Shown one piece after another: positions 17,869 through 28,035 of a stretch of DNA of 54,945 bases. Position numbers and translations under genes: made by a program. Below the pieces are notes generated by a model. It saw nothing but the letters and a program-made list of their open reading frames with translations, was not told where the DNA came from and made no database searches. Source of the DNA: Spartobacteria bacterium (GTDB lineage Bacteria; Verrucomicrobiota; Verrucomicrobiia; Chthoniobacterales; UBA6821); contig CANKJN010000006.1 of NCBI GenBank assembly GCA_947482345.1, positions 1 to 54,945 on the forward strand, given 5' to 3'. Position 1 is the first letter of the stretch. The number at the start of each line of letters is the position of its first letter.

Positions 17869-17887
17869 CCCTCCGCTTCGCGGAGGG
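17869..17887 (-). terminator. GC-rich hairpin directly after pyrE stop
   Basis: ccctccgc-ttc-gcggaggg; no U-tract on the pyrE strand, so terminator function is uncertain. Confidence 0.35.
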
Positions 17888-18469
17888 TTACTTGCTTCCC
17901 GGTTTCACCGCGGGAATATCGACGAGGTCCTCAGGGAGTGCGTCCGCCGGGAAGGTCTCGGGCGTCATCTGGATGAGGCTGACAAAGGGGCATCCGAAGT
18001 CGGGGAGATTCCCGCCACTGCGGTCGACGATGGATCCTGCGGCGACAACAACGCCGCCGAGGTTTCTGATGATGTCGATGGTCTCCTGGACACGGCCGCC
18101 GCGGGTGACGACATCCTCGGCAACGATGAAGCGCTCGCCGGGAACCACCTCGAAGCGTCGCATGACCAGGCCGCCGCTTCCATCCTTCTCGACAAAGATG
18201 TGACGTGTGCCGAGGTGACGGGCGACTTCCTGTCCTACGATGATCCCGCCGACGGCCGGTGAAACCACCGTCGGCTTCTTGCCGTTAGCCTCTGTGTGGA
18301 ACGGACAGAGCTTCTCCGCCAACTCGCCGCAGACCTGCGCGGCCACGGGAGCGTCCTGCAGCAGGAGCGCGCACTGGAAGAACTCGCGGCTGTGCAGGCC
18401 GGAGCGGAGGATGAAGTGGCCGTGGAGCAGGGCACCGGTCTGTTTGAAGAGAGCGAGGACGTCGGTCAT
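17888..18469 (-). CDS. pyrE: Orotate phosphoribosyltransferase
   Basis: GHFILRSGLHS, PRPP-binding AEDVVTRGG, KPGSK C-terminus. Confidence 0.93.
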   Translation of the reverse strand: MTDVLALFKQTGALLHGHFILRSGLHSREFFQCALLLQDAPVAAQVCGELAEKLCPFHTEANGKKPTVVSPAVGGIIVGQEVARHLGTRHIFVEKDGSGGLVMRRFEVVPGERFIVAEDVVTRGGRVQETIDIIRNLGGVVVAAGSIVDRSGGNLPDFGCPFVSLIQMTPETFPADALPEDLVDIPAVKPGSK

Positions 18470-18594
18470 GGAGAAAGGGGTTTAGGCTGAAGACGGAAGG
18501 TTATCGGGAGCAGAGGGAAAAACCTGGGTGAATTTGAGATTCAGGTTTGTTAGCCCGGCCGTTGCTTCGCAGCCGTTACGGCAGGTCTCAAGTT

Positions 18595-19413
18595 TCATCC
18601 CTCCGGATTCCTCTGTGGCGCGCCGACGAAGGAGATGCCCCTCTTCTGGCGGTCGAGGAATTCCTTGGCAAGGACGCGGTAGGCGGAGGCGCCGGGCCCC
18701 TTCGGGTCGTACTCGAGGATGGTCTTGCCGAAGCTCGGGGCTTCGCTGATGCGGACGGAGCGGGGAATCGCGGCATCGAAGACGACCTCCTCGAAGTGGG
18801 CGCGGACATCGCGCACGACAGCGGCGCTGATGTTGGTGCGGACATCGAGCATGGTCATCAGCAGTCCGCTCATGACAAGGCCCGGATTCGCACCGGATTC
18901 GCGGATCTGCTCCATGACGCCGACCAGTTTGCCGAGACCCTCGAGCGCGTAATACTCGCACTGGATGGGAATGAGGAGTTCGTCCGCGGCGCTGAGGGCG
19001 TTGGTCATGAGGATGCCGAGCGACGGAGGGCAGTCCATGATGACGTACTCGAAGCGGCCCGAAGCGCGCACCGGCTCCAGGACCGTGCGGAGCTGGGTGA
19101 GATGCCCCTCCATGCGGGCAACCTCAATCTCCGCGCCGGCCAGGTCGAGGTCGGCGGGGATGCCGCAGAGATTCGGAATCCGCGTTTCCTGGACGAGGTC
19201 CTGCATCGGGGTCTGCCCGATCATGGCGGCGTAGAGGCTGTTTCCCTCGCCCGTTTCGAGTCCGAGGGCGCTGGAGGCATTCCCCTGTGGGTCAAGGTCG
19301 AGAAGAAGGACGGTGTGACCCGCCTCGGCGATCGCGGCGGCGAGGTTGACCGAGGTGGTGGTCTTACCGACGCCCCCCTTCTGGTTGGCGATGGCGATGA
19401 CTTTGGTCTTCAT
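18595..19413 (-). CDS. parA: ParA/Soj family ATPase
   Basis: ANQKGGVGKTTT, DLDPQGNAS, DCPPSLG, IQCEYYALEG, SEAPSFG. Confidence 0.93.
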   Translation of the reverse strand: MKTKVIAIANQKGGVGKTTTSVNLAAAIAEAGHTVLLLDLDPQGNASSALGLETGEGNSLYAAMIGQTPMQDLVQETRIPNLCGIPADLDLAGAEIEVARMEGHLTQLRTVLEPVRASGRFEYVIMDCPPSLGILMTNALSAADELLIPIQCEYYALEGLGKLVGVMEQIRESGANPGLVMSGLLMTMLDVRTNISAAVVRDVRAHFEEVVFDAAIPRSVRISEAPSFGKTILEYDPKGPGASAYRVLAKEFLDRQKRGISFVGAPQRNPEG

Positions 19414-19471
19414 GGGTTGGAAAATCGGATGATGGGAGGGTGGTGGATGCCGTTTCGGGAAAGTCCCATCA

Positions 19472-20698
19472 TCAGCGGCTCCCATAGTAATCGGCAAGCC
19501 CTTGCGCCACGGCATCGGCATATTCCCTGTAAATGCTTGGCAGTTGGGAGCCCCCCACGTTGCGTCGCCCCTGATAATCTCCCATTTGCACGCGGTTGAA
19601 GACCGCCCGGCTGTTCATGACATACGGCTCACAGTAGACGACCGGGCATTCGAACAGGCGGTTTGCCAGCAGGTTGCGGATCCAGAGATAAGGATTCGAG
19701 GAGGCGGGGATTCCCTTGGTGCCATGGTAGACAAAGGGTTCGAGTCCGGTGGCGGAGGCCAGGGAACGGGCGACGGCCTCGGAGGCTCCGAGTTCGGCGG
19801 CATGGGTCCCGCCGAGGAGTTTCACCAGCATGGTGTGGCGCTCATCCTCGTGCAGAAGTTCCTCGCGCGAGATGTTTCCGGAGAGCAGCAGGTGAAGGTG
19901 GTTTTTGTCCGTCAGGGAGGGGCGGGCCGGATCACCCCACTCCTCCGCATTGAAGTGGAGGCACACCACGAGGTCGGGACGGATGTGGCCGTTCACCATC
20001 CGGGCCCGGTTGCGGATCTCGCCGACCCGGTAAAAGAGCCTCTCGGTCTCATCCTGAAGTCGCTTGCCCGACGGAACCACACCCTCCTCCCTGAGCGATC
20101 CCGCCGCGACTTTCCTGAGACTTCCGGGGCGCAGCGGCGTAGTGGGGCCGTTCCTGGTCCTGGTCAGCCAGACCTCCGCACCCATCGACTCCAGTTGCTG
20201 TTTCAGGAGCTTCGCGACCATCAGGGTCATCTCCCCCTCCTGGACGGGGCGACTGTTACCGATCCGGAACCAACGGGCTTCCATCTTCGCATAGCTTCCC
20301 CCGAGGTGGCCCGGATCGATGGCGATGCGGAGACCGGCAAGCGGCCGACCGGGGACGGGGGAGCGCGCCGTGCGGTCCTTCCAGAACCGGGGCGGGGCCT
20401 TTGGAGTCGTGCCCGGAGAGGCGAGGGGGAGGGCGATTGGAGCGGCGCCCGGCCTCGGGGTAATCAGGGCCTCGGTCGGGGAGATGCTGATCCACTCCCT
20501 CCACGATCCGTCGGGCACGTAGACCTGTCTGAGAAGCCTCTCGAAATCGGCGGCCGTGATTGTTCCCACATACTGCCCGATGGTGCTCCAGTCGGGCTGG
20601 GGAGCCAGCGGGCTGAGGAGGGCGGCCGGCGCGGAAACGGACGAAGCCAGCAGGACAAAAGCCGCGACATAGCGAAATGCATAAGGGCGAATCTTCAA
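19472..20698 (-). CDS. N-acetylmuramoyl-L-alanine amidase (Amidase_3)
   Basis: Signal peptide; IAIDPGH, E, LHFNA and CEP catalytic motifs intact. Confidence 0.88.
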   Translation of the reverse strand: MKIRPYAFRYVAAFVLLASSVSAPAALLSPLAPQPDWSTIGQYVGTITAADFERLLRQVYVPDGSWREWISISPTEALITPRPGAAPIALPLASPGTTPKAPPRFWKDRTARSPVPGRPLAGLRIAIDPGHLGGSYAKMEARWFRIGNSRPVQEGEMTLMVAKLLKQQLESMGAEVWLTRTRNGPTTPLRPGSLRKVAAGSLREEGVVPSGKRLQDETERLFYRVGEIRNRARMVNGHIRPDLVVCLHFNAEEWGDPARPSLTDKNHLHLLLSGNISREELLHEDERHTMLVKLLGGTHAAELGASEAVARSLASATGLEPFVYHGTKGIPASSNPYLWIRNLLANRLFECPVVYCEPYVMNSRAVFNRVQMGDYQGRRNVGGSQLPSIYREYADAVAQGLADYYGSR

Positions 20699-20750
20699 GA
20701 TGTCTCATTTTTACATCGTCCCGGCCGGTGCTTTCGATAAAAACCCACCC

Positions 20751-21542
20751 ATGGTGAAAATCCTTTTTCTGGGCGATGTGGTGGGTGAACCCGGCCGCAT
20801 GGCAGCCTGCCGCACGGCGGAACTCTATCTGGAGCGCGGCGATGCCGATTTCGTGATCGCCAACGGCGAGAATGCCGCCGCCGGCCGAGGCATTACCCCG
20901 AAGCTCGCCATCGACCTGATGCGTAGCGGCATCGCCGTCATCACCTCGGGGGATCATATCTGGGACCAGAAGGAGATCATTGCCTACATCGCCACCGAGC
21001 CGCGGCTGCTCCGCCCGCTCAACTATCCGGCAGGCACCCCGGGTAGCGGCAGCATCATCCTCGACACGGCCCACGGGCCGATCGGCGTCATGAACGTCCA
21101 GTGCCGGACCTTCATGAAGACCCCCCTCGACAACCCCTTCCTGGCGGCCTCCGCCGAGGTGGAAAAACTCAGGCAAGAAACCCCCGTGATCATCGTCGAT
21201 GTCCATGGCGAGACCACCAGCGAGAAGATCGCTATGGGACGCCACCTCGACGGCAAGGTCTCCCTCGTGGTGGGGACCCACACGCATGTGCAGACGGCCG
21301 ACGAGCGGATCTTCCCGAAAGGGACGGCCTTCCTCTGCGATGCGGGGATGTGCGGGCCGGAGGACTCCATCCTCGGCCGCGACTGCGACGCGGTGGTGGG
21401 GCAGTTCGTGAACTCCATGCCGGTCAAGTTTCCCGTGGCACGCGGTCCCGTCATTGCATCCGGCGTGCTCGTCGAGGTGGATCCGGAAACGGGCCGCGCC
21501 AAGTCGGTCAAACGCGTGGCGGAACGCTACGGGGCGCCTTAG
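20751..21542 (+). CDS. YmdB-like metallophosphoesterase (TIGR00282)
   Basis: ILFLGDVVG, NGENAAAG, DVHGETTSEK, GTHTHVQTAD. Confidence 0.93.
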   Translation: MVKILFLGDVVGEPGRMAACRTAELYLERGDADFVIANGENAAAGRGITPKLAIDLMRSGIAVITSGDHIWDQKEIIAYIATEPRLLRPLNYPAGTPGSGSIILDTAHGPIGVMNVQCRTFMKTPLDNPFLAASAEVEKLRQETPVIIVDVHGETTSEKIAMGRHLDGKVSLVVGTHTHVQTADERIFPKGTAFLCDAGMCGPEDSILGRDCDAVVGQFVNSMPVKFPVARGPVIASGVLVEVDPETGRAKSVKRVAERYGAP

Positions 21543-21598
21543 GTTGGGAGTTGGGAGTTGGGAGTTAGGAACTAGGAACTAGGAACTGGAAGCTGGGG
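21543..21598. repeat. Eight degenerate 7-nt tandem repeats
   Basis: gttggga x3, gttagga, actagga x2, actggaa, gctgggg starting right after the stop codon. Confidence 0.9.
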
Positions 21599-21771
21599 TG
21601 GAATGAAAAGTGAAGAATGGGAGTGAAGTGGAGTTGAGGGCCTCGCGCTTCACTGTTCGCCCTTCGGCTGCGGTTCCTTATTTTAGCCTTCAGCATTTAG
21701 CCTTCAGCATTTCTTTCACGATTGAACAAATGACTCCATCTTTGCCGGGGAGCGGATTAGCCTGACCGGAG

Positions 21772-24700
21772 ATGGATCCCGCAGGACCAGCACCCGAAGA
21801 CCAATCAGGCCTTGGCCTGGTAAGCCAGGAGTCGCGCCGCAGCGTGCTGGTGATCGACAGCCTCCTGCGCGGCGCCTCGCGTCTCCAGCACTTGGCGGCC
21901 CGAAGGTGGCGACGTCTGCGCCGGAGGCCACAGACGATCGCGGAGAGCGCGAATCTCCTGCCGACCCTGATCCAGGTGCTTGCCGCCTTCACGCGCGTCG
22001 ACGGCGAGATGCTCGAGGAGGAAATCGATTCCAGCCTCGGATTCCTGCGCTACGACTATCCGGAGGCCGTCTATTCCGAGCTGCGGAGGCTCTTCCGGCA
22101 GGCGCTCGAGCAGCAGCAGGATCTGGGAGTCATGGCTTCCAAGCTCGCCCTCGAACTGAGCGACGACCGGAAGATCCTGCTCGGCGTCCAGCTCTTCGAC
22201 TTGATCACCCGCTCCGGGATGAAGCCGGAGCAGGTCGCCGCCTACCATGATTTCATGGGCAAGCTCGGCATGGCCGCCCAGGCGATCGACATCGTCTACC
22301 AGCTCAATGCGAACGAACAGGCCGACCCTGCGTTCTTCCACGACGGCGTCTCCCCGCTGGAGGCCCTTTCCTTCGGCGATCCCGACCGGTGCGATGTGGC
22401 CCTGCGCGAGTTCTCGCCCGACGAGCGGCTGCTCGCCTACCGCCACCACGACCTGATCATCCTGAAGAACCTCTCCTCGAAGAGCCTCATCGTCCAGGGG
22501 CGACTGCTCAAACCGGGCGAATTCTGCCGCATCTATCCCGGCCAGCGGGTGCTCGTCGGCGAACAGGTCATTACCAGCCAGGACCTGCTCTTCTACTTCA
22601 ACGCGAAGCGGAACGTGACGCTCCCCCACATCTTCGTGGCGATCAACAACGAGGAGGTCCGTCTCGAGAAGTCCCGCAGCCGCGACAGCGATCTTGAGAT
22701 CGCCTTCGGGCTCAAGGTGCGCGTCACCGCGCTCCAGGATCTGCGGGCGACCCTGCGGGGCACTCCCCTGCGCAAGGGAACGACCGTGGATGCCCAGCTC
22801 TCCGACAAGATCTTCTTCCGCGACGGAGGGGAGCTCGACCTCGAGGAGCTCAAGCGACGCGTCGGCGCCTTCGGCGGGCGCTTCGAACTCAAGGGATCGA
22901 AGACCGAGTATATCGCCTCCAACAACCCGAGCCGCCTCGACGACGATGACATCCTCATCTCCCCGGGCATCGGCGGCGAGGTGACCCTCCGGATCACCTG
23001 TGACTACCAGCTGAAGAAGGGACGGGTCGAGGTGCTGCAGGCCGACCGGCCGATCGTGGTGAGGGGCCTGCCCGTCCGGGGCGCCATGGAGCTGGAGGAC
23101 GGCGACACGATCCGCATCGATGCGGGCCAGGTGCTGCGCTGCAATTTCACCGAGCGCATCATCGAGGAGGAGCGCAACATCATCCGCAACCTCGATGTGC
23201 GCGATCTCGTCTGCCGCTTCCGGAGCGCCGACACCGCGCTCGACAACCTCAACTTCTCGATCGAGCGGGGCGAGATGGTCTGCGTCATGGGGGCGAGCGG
23301 CTGCGGGAAGAGCACCCTGCTGCGCGCGCTGGCCGGTCAGTTCCAGCCGATAGCGGGAGAGGTGCTGCTCAACCAGCGCTCTCTCTACGGGAATCTCGAC
23401 GCCCTCCTTCAGTACATCACCTACATCCCGCAGTACGACGCCTTCGACGAGCAGCTGACCATCGAGGAGAACCTGAAGTTCGCCGCCGCGATCCGGGCCC
23501 CCCATCTCTCACGCCGCGAGCGGCAGCGCCGGATCGACAGCAAGCTTGCGGAGCTGGGCCTCAACGAGCGCCGCAAGGAGGTCGTCGGGGGATCCCAGAG
23601 GAAGGTGCTCAGCGGGGGCGAGCGCAAGCGTCTCAACATCGGCCTGGACATGGTCAGCACGGCCGACATCTACCTCTTCGACGAGCCGACCAGCGGCCTC
23701 TCTTCCAAGGATTCCGAGCACGTCATCGAGATCATCCGCGGCATGGCCCACAACAAGATCGTCCTCGTGACGATCCACCAGCCCACCTCGAAGATCTTCC
23801 AGATGTTCCAGAAAGCCCTCCTCCTCGACAAGGGAGGGAAGCTGGTCTTCTTCGGAACGCCGACCGAGATGCTGGCCTACTTCGCGGAAGCCGAGCACGA
23901 ACAACTCTTCGGAACCGAACTCGGAGGCTGCCAGGCCTGCGGCACGACGAGGCCGGAGTTCGTCTTCGATGTGCTGGAGACCCCGCTGCGCGACCTGAGC
24001 GGCGACATCATCTACGAAGAGAACAACCGCGGCCAACTCGTCCCAGCGCGGCGCTTCTCCCCGGAATACTGGCGCGACAAGTTCGAGGCCTACCGCCTCA
24101 TGAAGGAGGTGAAGCAGCCGGCCTCCTCCCGTATCCCCGTACCCGCCGGGCCCGAGGCGAAGAGCACCCTCCTGCAGCGCCCCAAGGGGTGGGAGGGTCT
24201 CCGCTGGCGCGACGAACTCGGCCAGTTCCTGGTCCTGCTCCAGCGCTCCTTCATCAGCAAGCTCCGCAACAGGGCCAACCTGCTGACCACGCTGGTCGAG
24301 GCGCCGATGCTCGCCTTCCTGATCGGGGCGGTCCTGCGCTACTCGGAGGGGAAGAGCTACGACTTCGCCTCGGCCTTCCACATCCCGACCTACCTCTTCC
24401 TCTCGCTGGTGGTGGCGATGTTCCTGGGCCTGACCAACAGCGTCGACGACATCATCCGCGACCGTCCGGTGCTTCTGCGCGAGCGCAACCTGAACGTGCG
24501 CCTCGGCTACTACCTGCTGGCCAAGGCGATCACTCTCGGCCTCTTCGCCGTGGCGCAATGCGCCCTCTTCACACTGATCGGCGACTGGATGGTCTCGATC
24601 CGCGGATTCTACTGGGTGGAGTTCACCGCGATGTTCCTCACCGCCTTCAGCGGCATCGCCCTGGGACTCCTCATCTCCTCGCTGGCCCGCGAGGGGAAGA

Positions 24701-25419
24701 CCGCGGTCAATATCATCCCGGTCGTGCTCATCCCCCAGATCATACTCGGGGGCGCCCTCATCAAGTACGAGGAGATGAACCGCAACCTCGACTTCATCCA
24801 TTCGATTCACGAATGGTTCGCGCGGCATCCCGACACCGCGATGGAACCCCGGAGCGACCTGCAGGTGCCGGTGATCTGCGAGTTCATGCCGATGCGCTGG
24901 TCGTACGAGGGGATTGTCTACGCCCAGGCCAAGCTCAATCCCCTCGCCCTTCGGCAGGCCCGGATCCAGCGTCAGATCAACCAGTTGGCGGCGGTCAAGA
25001 AGCCGACCGAGGCCCAGGAGGAACGGCTCGATGACCTCAAGGACCTGCTCGCCATCCTGAGCGGCCTCGAGGCCAAGACCACCAAAGATCTCGACAGGAG
25101 AATGGAGCGGATCGACCGGGTGATCGCGGGCGGCCCCTTCAAGCGTGAGGAACTTCTCGGGCGAGAGGGAGGGGTCACCGCGGAACAGCTCTACACCAAC
25201 CAGAAGGTGCTCGACCTAGTCTCCAAGGCCGAGATGGAGCAGGCCGATTACCGTGAAAGCCGCCATCCCAACGTCTTCTTCGGCCCGGTGAAGCATTATT
25301 TCGGCATGAACATTCCCCTCCTCTGGTTCAATGCCGGGGTGATGATCCTCTCGAGCTGGATGATCTTCGTGATCCTCTACGTGATCCTGAGACGCCAGAT
25401 CCGCCTGACCAGGAACTAG
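21772..25419 (+). CDS. ABCG-like transporter (ATPase + ABC-2 membrane domain) with TerB-like and FHA-like N-terminal domains
   Basis: GASGCGKST, LSGGERKR, LFDEPTSGL, TIHQP, C-terminal TM helices; exact start uncertain. Confidence 0.88.
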   Translation: MDPAGPAPEDQSGLGLVSQESRRSVLVIDSLLRGASRLQHLAARRWRRLRRRPQTIAESANLLPTLIQVLAAFTRVDGEMLEEEIDSSLGFLRYDYPEAVYSELRRLFRQALEQQQDLGVMASKLALELSDDRKILLGVQLFDLITRSGMKPEQVAAYHDFMGKLGMAAQAIDIVYQLNANEQADPAFFHDGVSPLEALSFGDPDRCDVALREFSPDERLLAYRHHDLIILKNLSSKSLIVQGRLLKPGEFCRIYPGQRVLVGEQVITSQDLLFYFNAKRNVTLPHIFVAINNEEVRLEKSRSRDSDLEIAFGLKVRVTALQDLRATLRGTPLRKGTTVDAQLSDKIFFRDGGELDLEELKRRVGAFGGRFELKGSKTEYIASNNPSRLDDDDILISPGIGGEVTLRITCDYQLKKGRVEVLQADRPIVVRGLPVRGAMELEDGDTIRIDAGQVLRCNFTERIIEEERNIIRNLDVRDLVCRFRSADTALDNLNFSIERGEMVCVMGASGCGKSTLLRALAGQFQPIAGEVLLNQRSLYGNLDALLQYITYIPQYDAFDEQLTIEENLKFAAAIRAPHLSRRERQRRIDSKLAELGLNERRKEVVGGSQRKVLSGGERKRLNIGLDMVSTADIYLFDEPTSGLSSKDSEHVIEIIRGMAHNKIVLVTIHQPTSKIFQMFQKALLLDKGGKLVFFGTPTEMLAYFAEAEHEQLFGTELGGCQACGTTRPEFVFDVLETPLRDLSGDIIYEENNRGQLVPARRFSPEYWRDKFEAYRLMKEVKQPASSRIPVPAGPEAKSTLLQRPKGWEGLRWRDELGQFLVLLQRSFISKLRNRANLLTTLVEAPMLAFLIGAVLRYSEGKSYDFASAFHIPTYLFLSLVVAMFLGLTNSVDDIIRDRPVLLRERNLNVRLGYYLLAKAITLGLFAVAQCALFTLIGDWMVSIRGFYWVEFTAMFLTAFSGIALGLLISSLAREGKTAVNIIPVVLIPQIILGGALIKYEEMNRNLDFIHSIHEWFARHPDTAMEPRSDLQVPVICEFMPMRWSYEGIVYAQAKLNPLALRQARIQRQINQLAAVKKPTEAQEERLDDLKDLLAILSGLEAKTTKDLDRRMERIDRVIAGGPFKREELLGREGGVTAEQLYTNQKVLDLVSKAEMEQADYRESRHPNVFFGPVKHYFGMNIPLLWFNAGVMILSSWMIFVILYVILRRQIRLTRN

Positions 25420-25523
25420 CCCCACCCCAAGTGCCCCTTGTCGGGATCCCGAAAGCAAGGCTTGACCACCGACTGCTTCTGGGGGAACCTCCACACCCCA
25501 CAAAAGAAAGCAGGTGAATTAAC

Positions 25524-25721
25524 ATGCCGGAAGTTATTGTCCGTAAGGGCGAACCCATCGATCGCGCTCTCAAGCGCCTCAAGACGAAACTCGACACCGA
25601 GGGAATCCTCGAGGAGGTGCGTCGTCTTCGTGCCTTCGAGACCCCGACCCAGCGCACCAAGCGCAAGGCCAAGGCCAACGCCAAGCGCGCCAAGGCCAAG
25701 GTTCGTTTCGTCCTCAGCTAA
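25524..25721 (+). CDS. rpsU: 30S ribosomal protein S21
   Basis: MPEVIVRKGEPIDRALKRLK...GILEEVRRLRAFETP. Confidence 0.93.
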   Translation: MPEVIVRKGEPIDRALKRLKTKLDTEGILEEVRRLRAFETPTQRTKRKAKANAKRAKAKVRFVLS

Positions 25722-25743
25722 CGTCTGCTTTCCACTCCGAGGA

Positions 25744-26613
25744 GTGAATCCGGAAGTTCTCATCATCGGCTGCGGTTTCCTAGGGGAGGCCGCAGCCGAA
25801 CTTTTTTCCGCCCGGGGCAAGCGCGTCCTCGGGCTCGTCCGCGGCGCCGATTCCATGGCGGCACTGGCGGGGCGATCTTTTGAAACCGCCACCTGCGATG
25901 TGACCGATCCCTCATCGGTCGAGGCCCTTTCCCCAAGGCTCCGGAACGTACCCCTCGCCGTCTATGCGGTCAGCTCGGGCAGGGGTGGCGCGGAAACCTA
26001 CGCGGCGGTCTACCGGGAGGGCCTGCGGCGGGTGATCAACGACTGGAATCCGGGCAGGGTGATTTTTGTTGGCAGCACCTCTGTCTACGGACAGACCGAC
26101 GGCTCATGGGTGACCGAAAAATCGCCGACCCTGCCCGACCGCGAGACCGGACGCATTCTACTGGAGGCGGAGCAGATCGCCCTCGACTCAGGGGGAAGCA
26201 TCGCCCGCCTCTCGGGTATCTACGGGCCGGGACGTTCCGTTCTGCTGAAGAAATTCCTCTCCGGCGAGGCGCTCCTCGAAGAGGGAGGCCACCGATGGAT
26301 CAACCAGATCCACCGCGATGACGCGGCTGCGGCGCTCGCGCGGCTTGCCGACCCGGATGTCGCCGCCGGGATTTACAATGTGACCGACGACACACCTGCC
26401 ACCCAGAGGCAGGTCTACGAATGGATGGCCGGCTTTCTTGGAAAACCGCTCCCTCCGGAGGGAAGCGCCGATCTCAACCGCAAGCGGGGATGGACCTCGA
26501 AGCGGATCTCCAATGCCCTGATGCGCACCACGGGCTGGTCCCCCGCCTACACCTCTTACCGGGACGCTTTGCCCCGATTGCTCTCTGCGATTCAACCAGA
26601 TTCTTCAGAGTAA
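25744..26613 (+). CDS. NAD-dependent epimerase/atypical SDR
   Basis: LIIGCGFLG, STSVYG, RLSGIYGPGR, NQIHRDD. Confidence 0.88.
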   Translation: MNPEVLIIGCGFLGEAAAELFSARGKRVLGLVRGADSMAALAGRSFETATCDVTDPSSVEALSPRLRNVPLAVYAVSSGRGGAETYAAVYREGLRRVINDWNPGRVIFVGSTSVYGQTDGSWVTEKSPTLPDRETGRILLEAEQIALDSGGSIARLSGIYGPGRSVLLKKFLSGEALLEEGGHRWINQIHRDDAAAALARLADPDVAAGIYNVTDDTPATQRQVYEWMAGFLGKPLPPEGSADLNRKRGWTSKRISNALMRTTGWSPAYTSYRDALPRLLSAIQPDSSE

Positions 26614-26658
26614 GCATTGGCATTTTGTGGAATATTGGGTCAACTTGACCCATCTCCC

Positions 26659-28008
<1,350 letters not shown>

Positions 28009-28035
28009 CCCTTCCCACTCAACGATCTCCATCCC

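Noticed and set aside
26617-26635. Sigma-54 promoter (TTGGCA) before the regulator
   Set aside because: No TTGC -12 element at the required spacing
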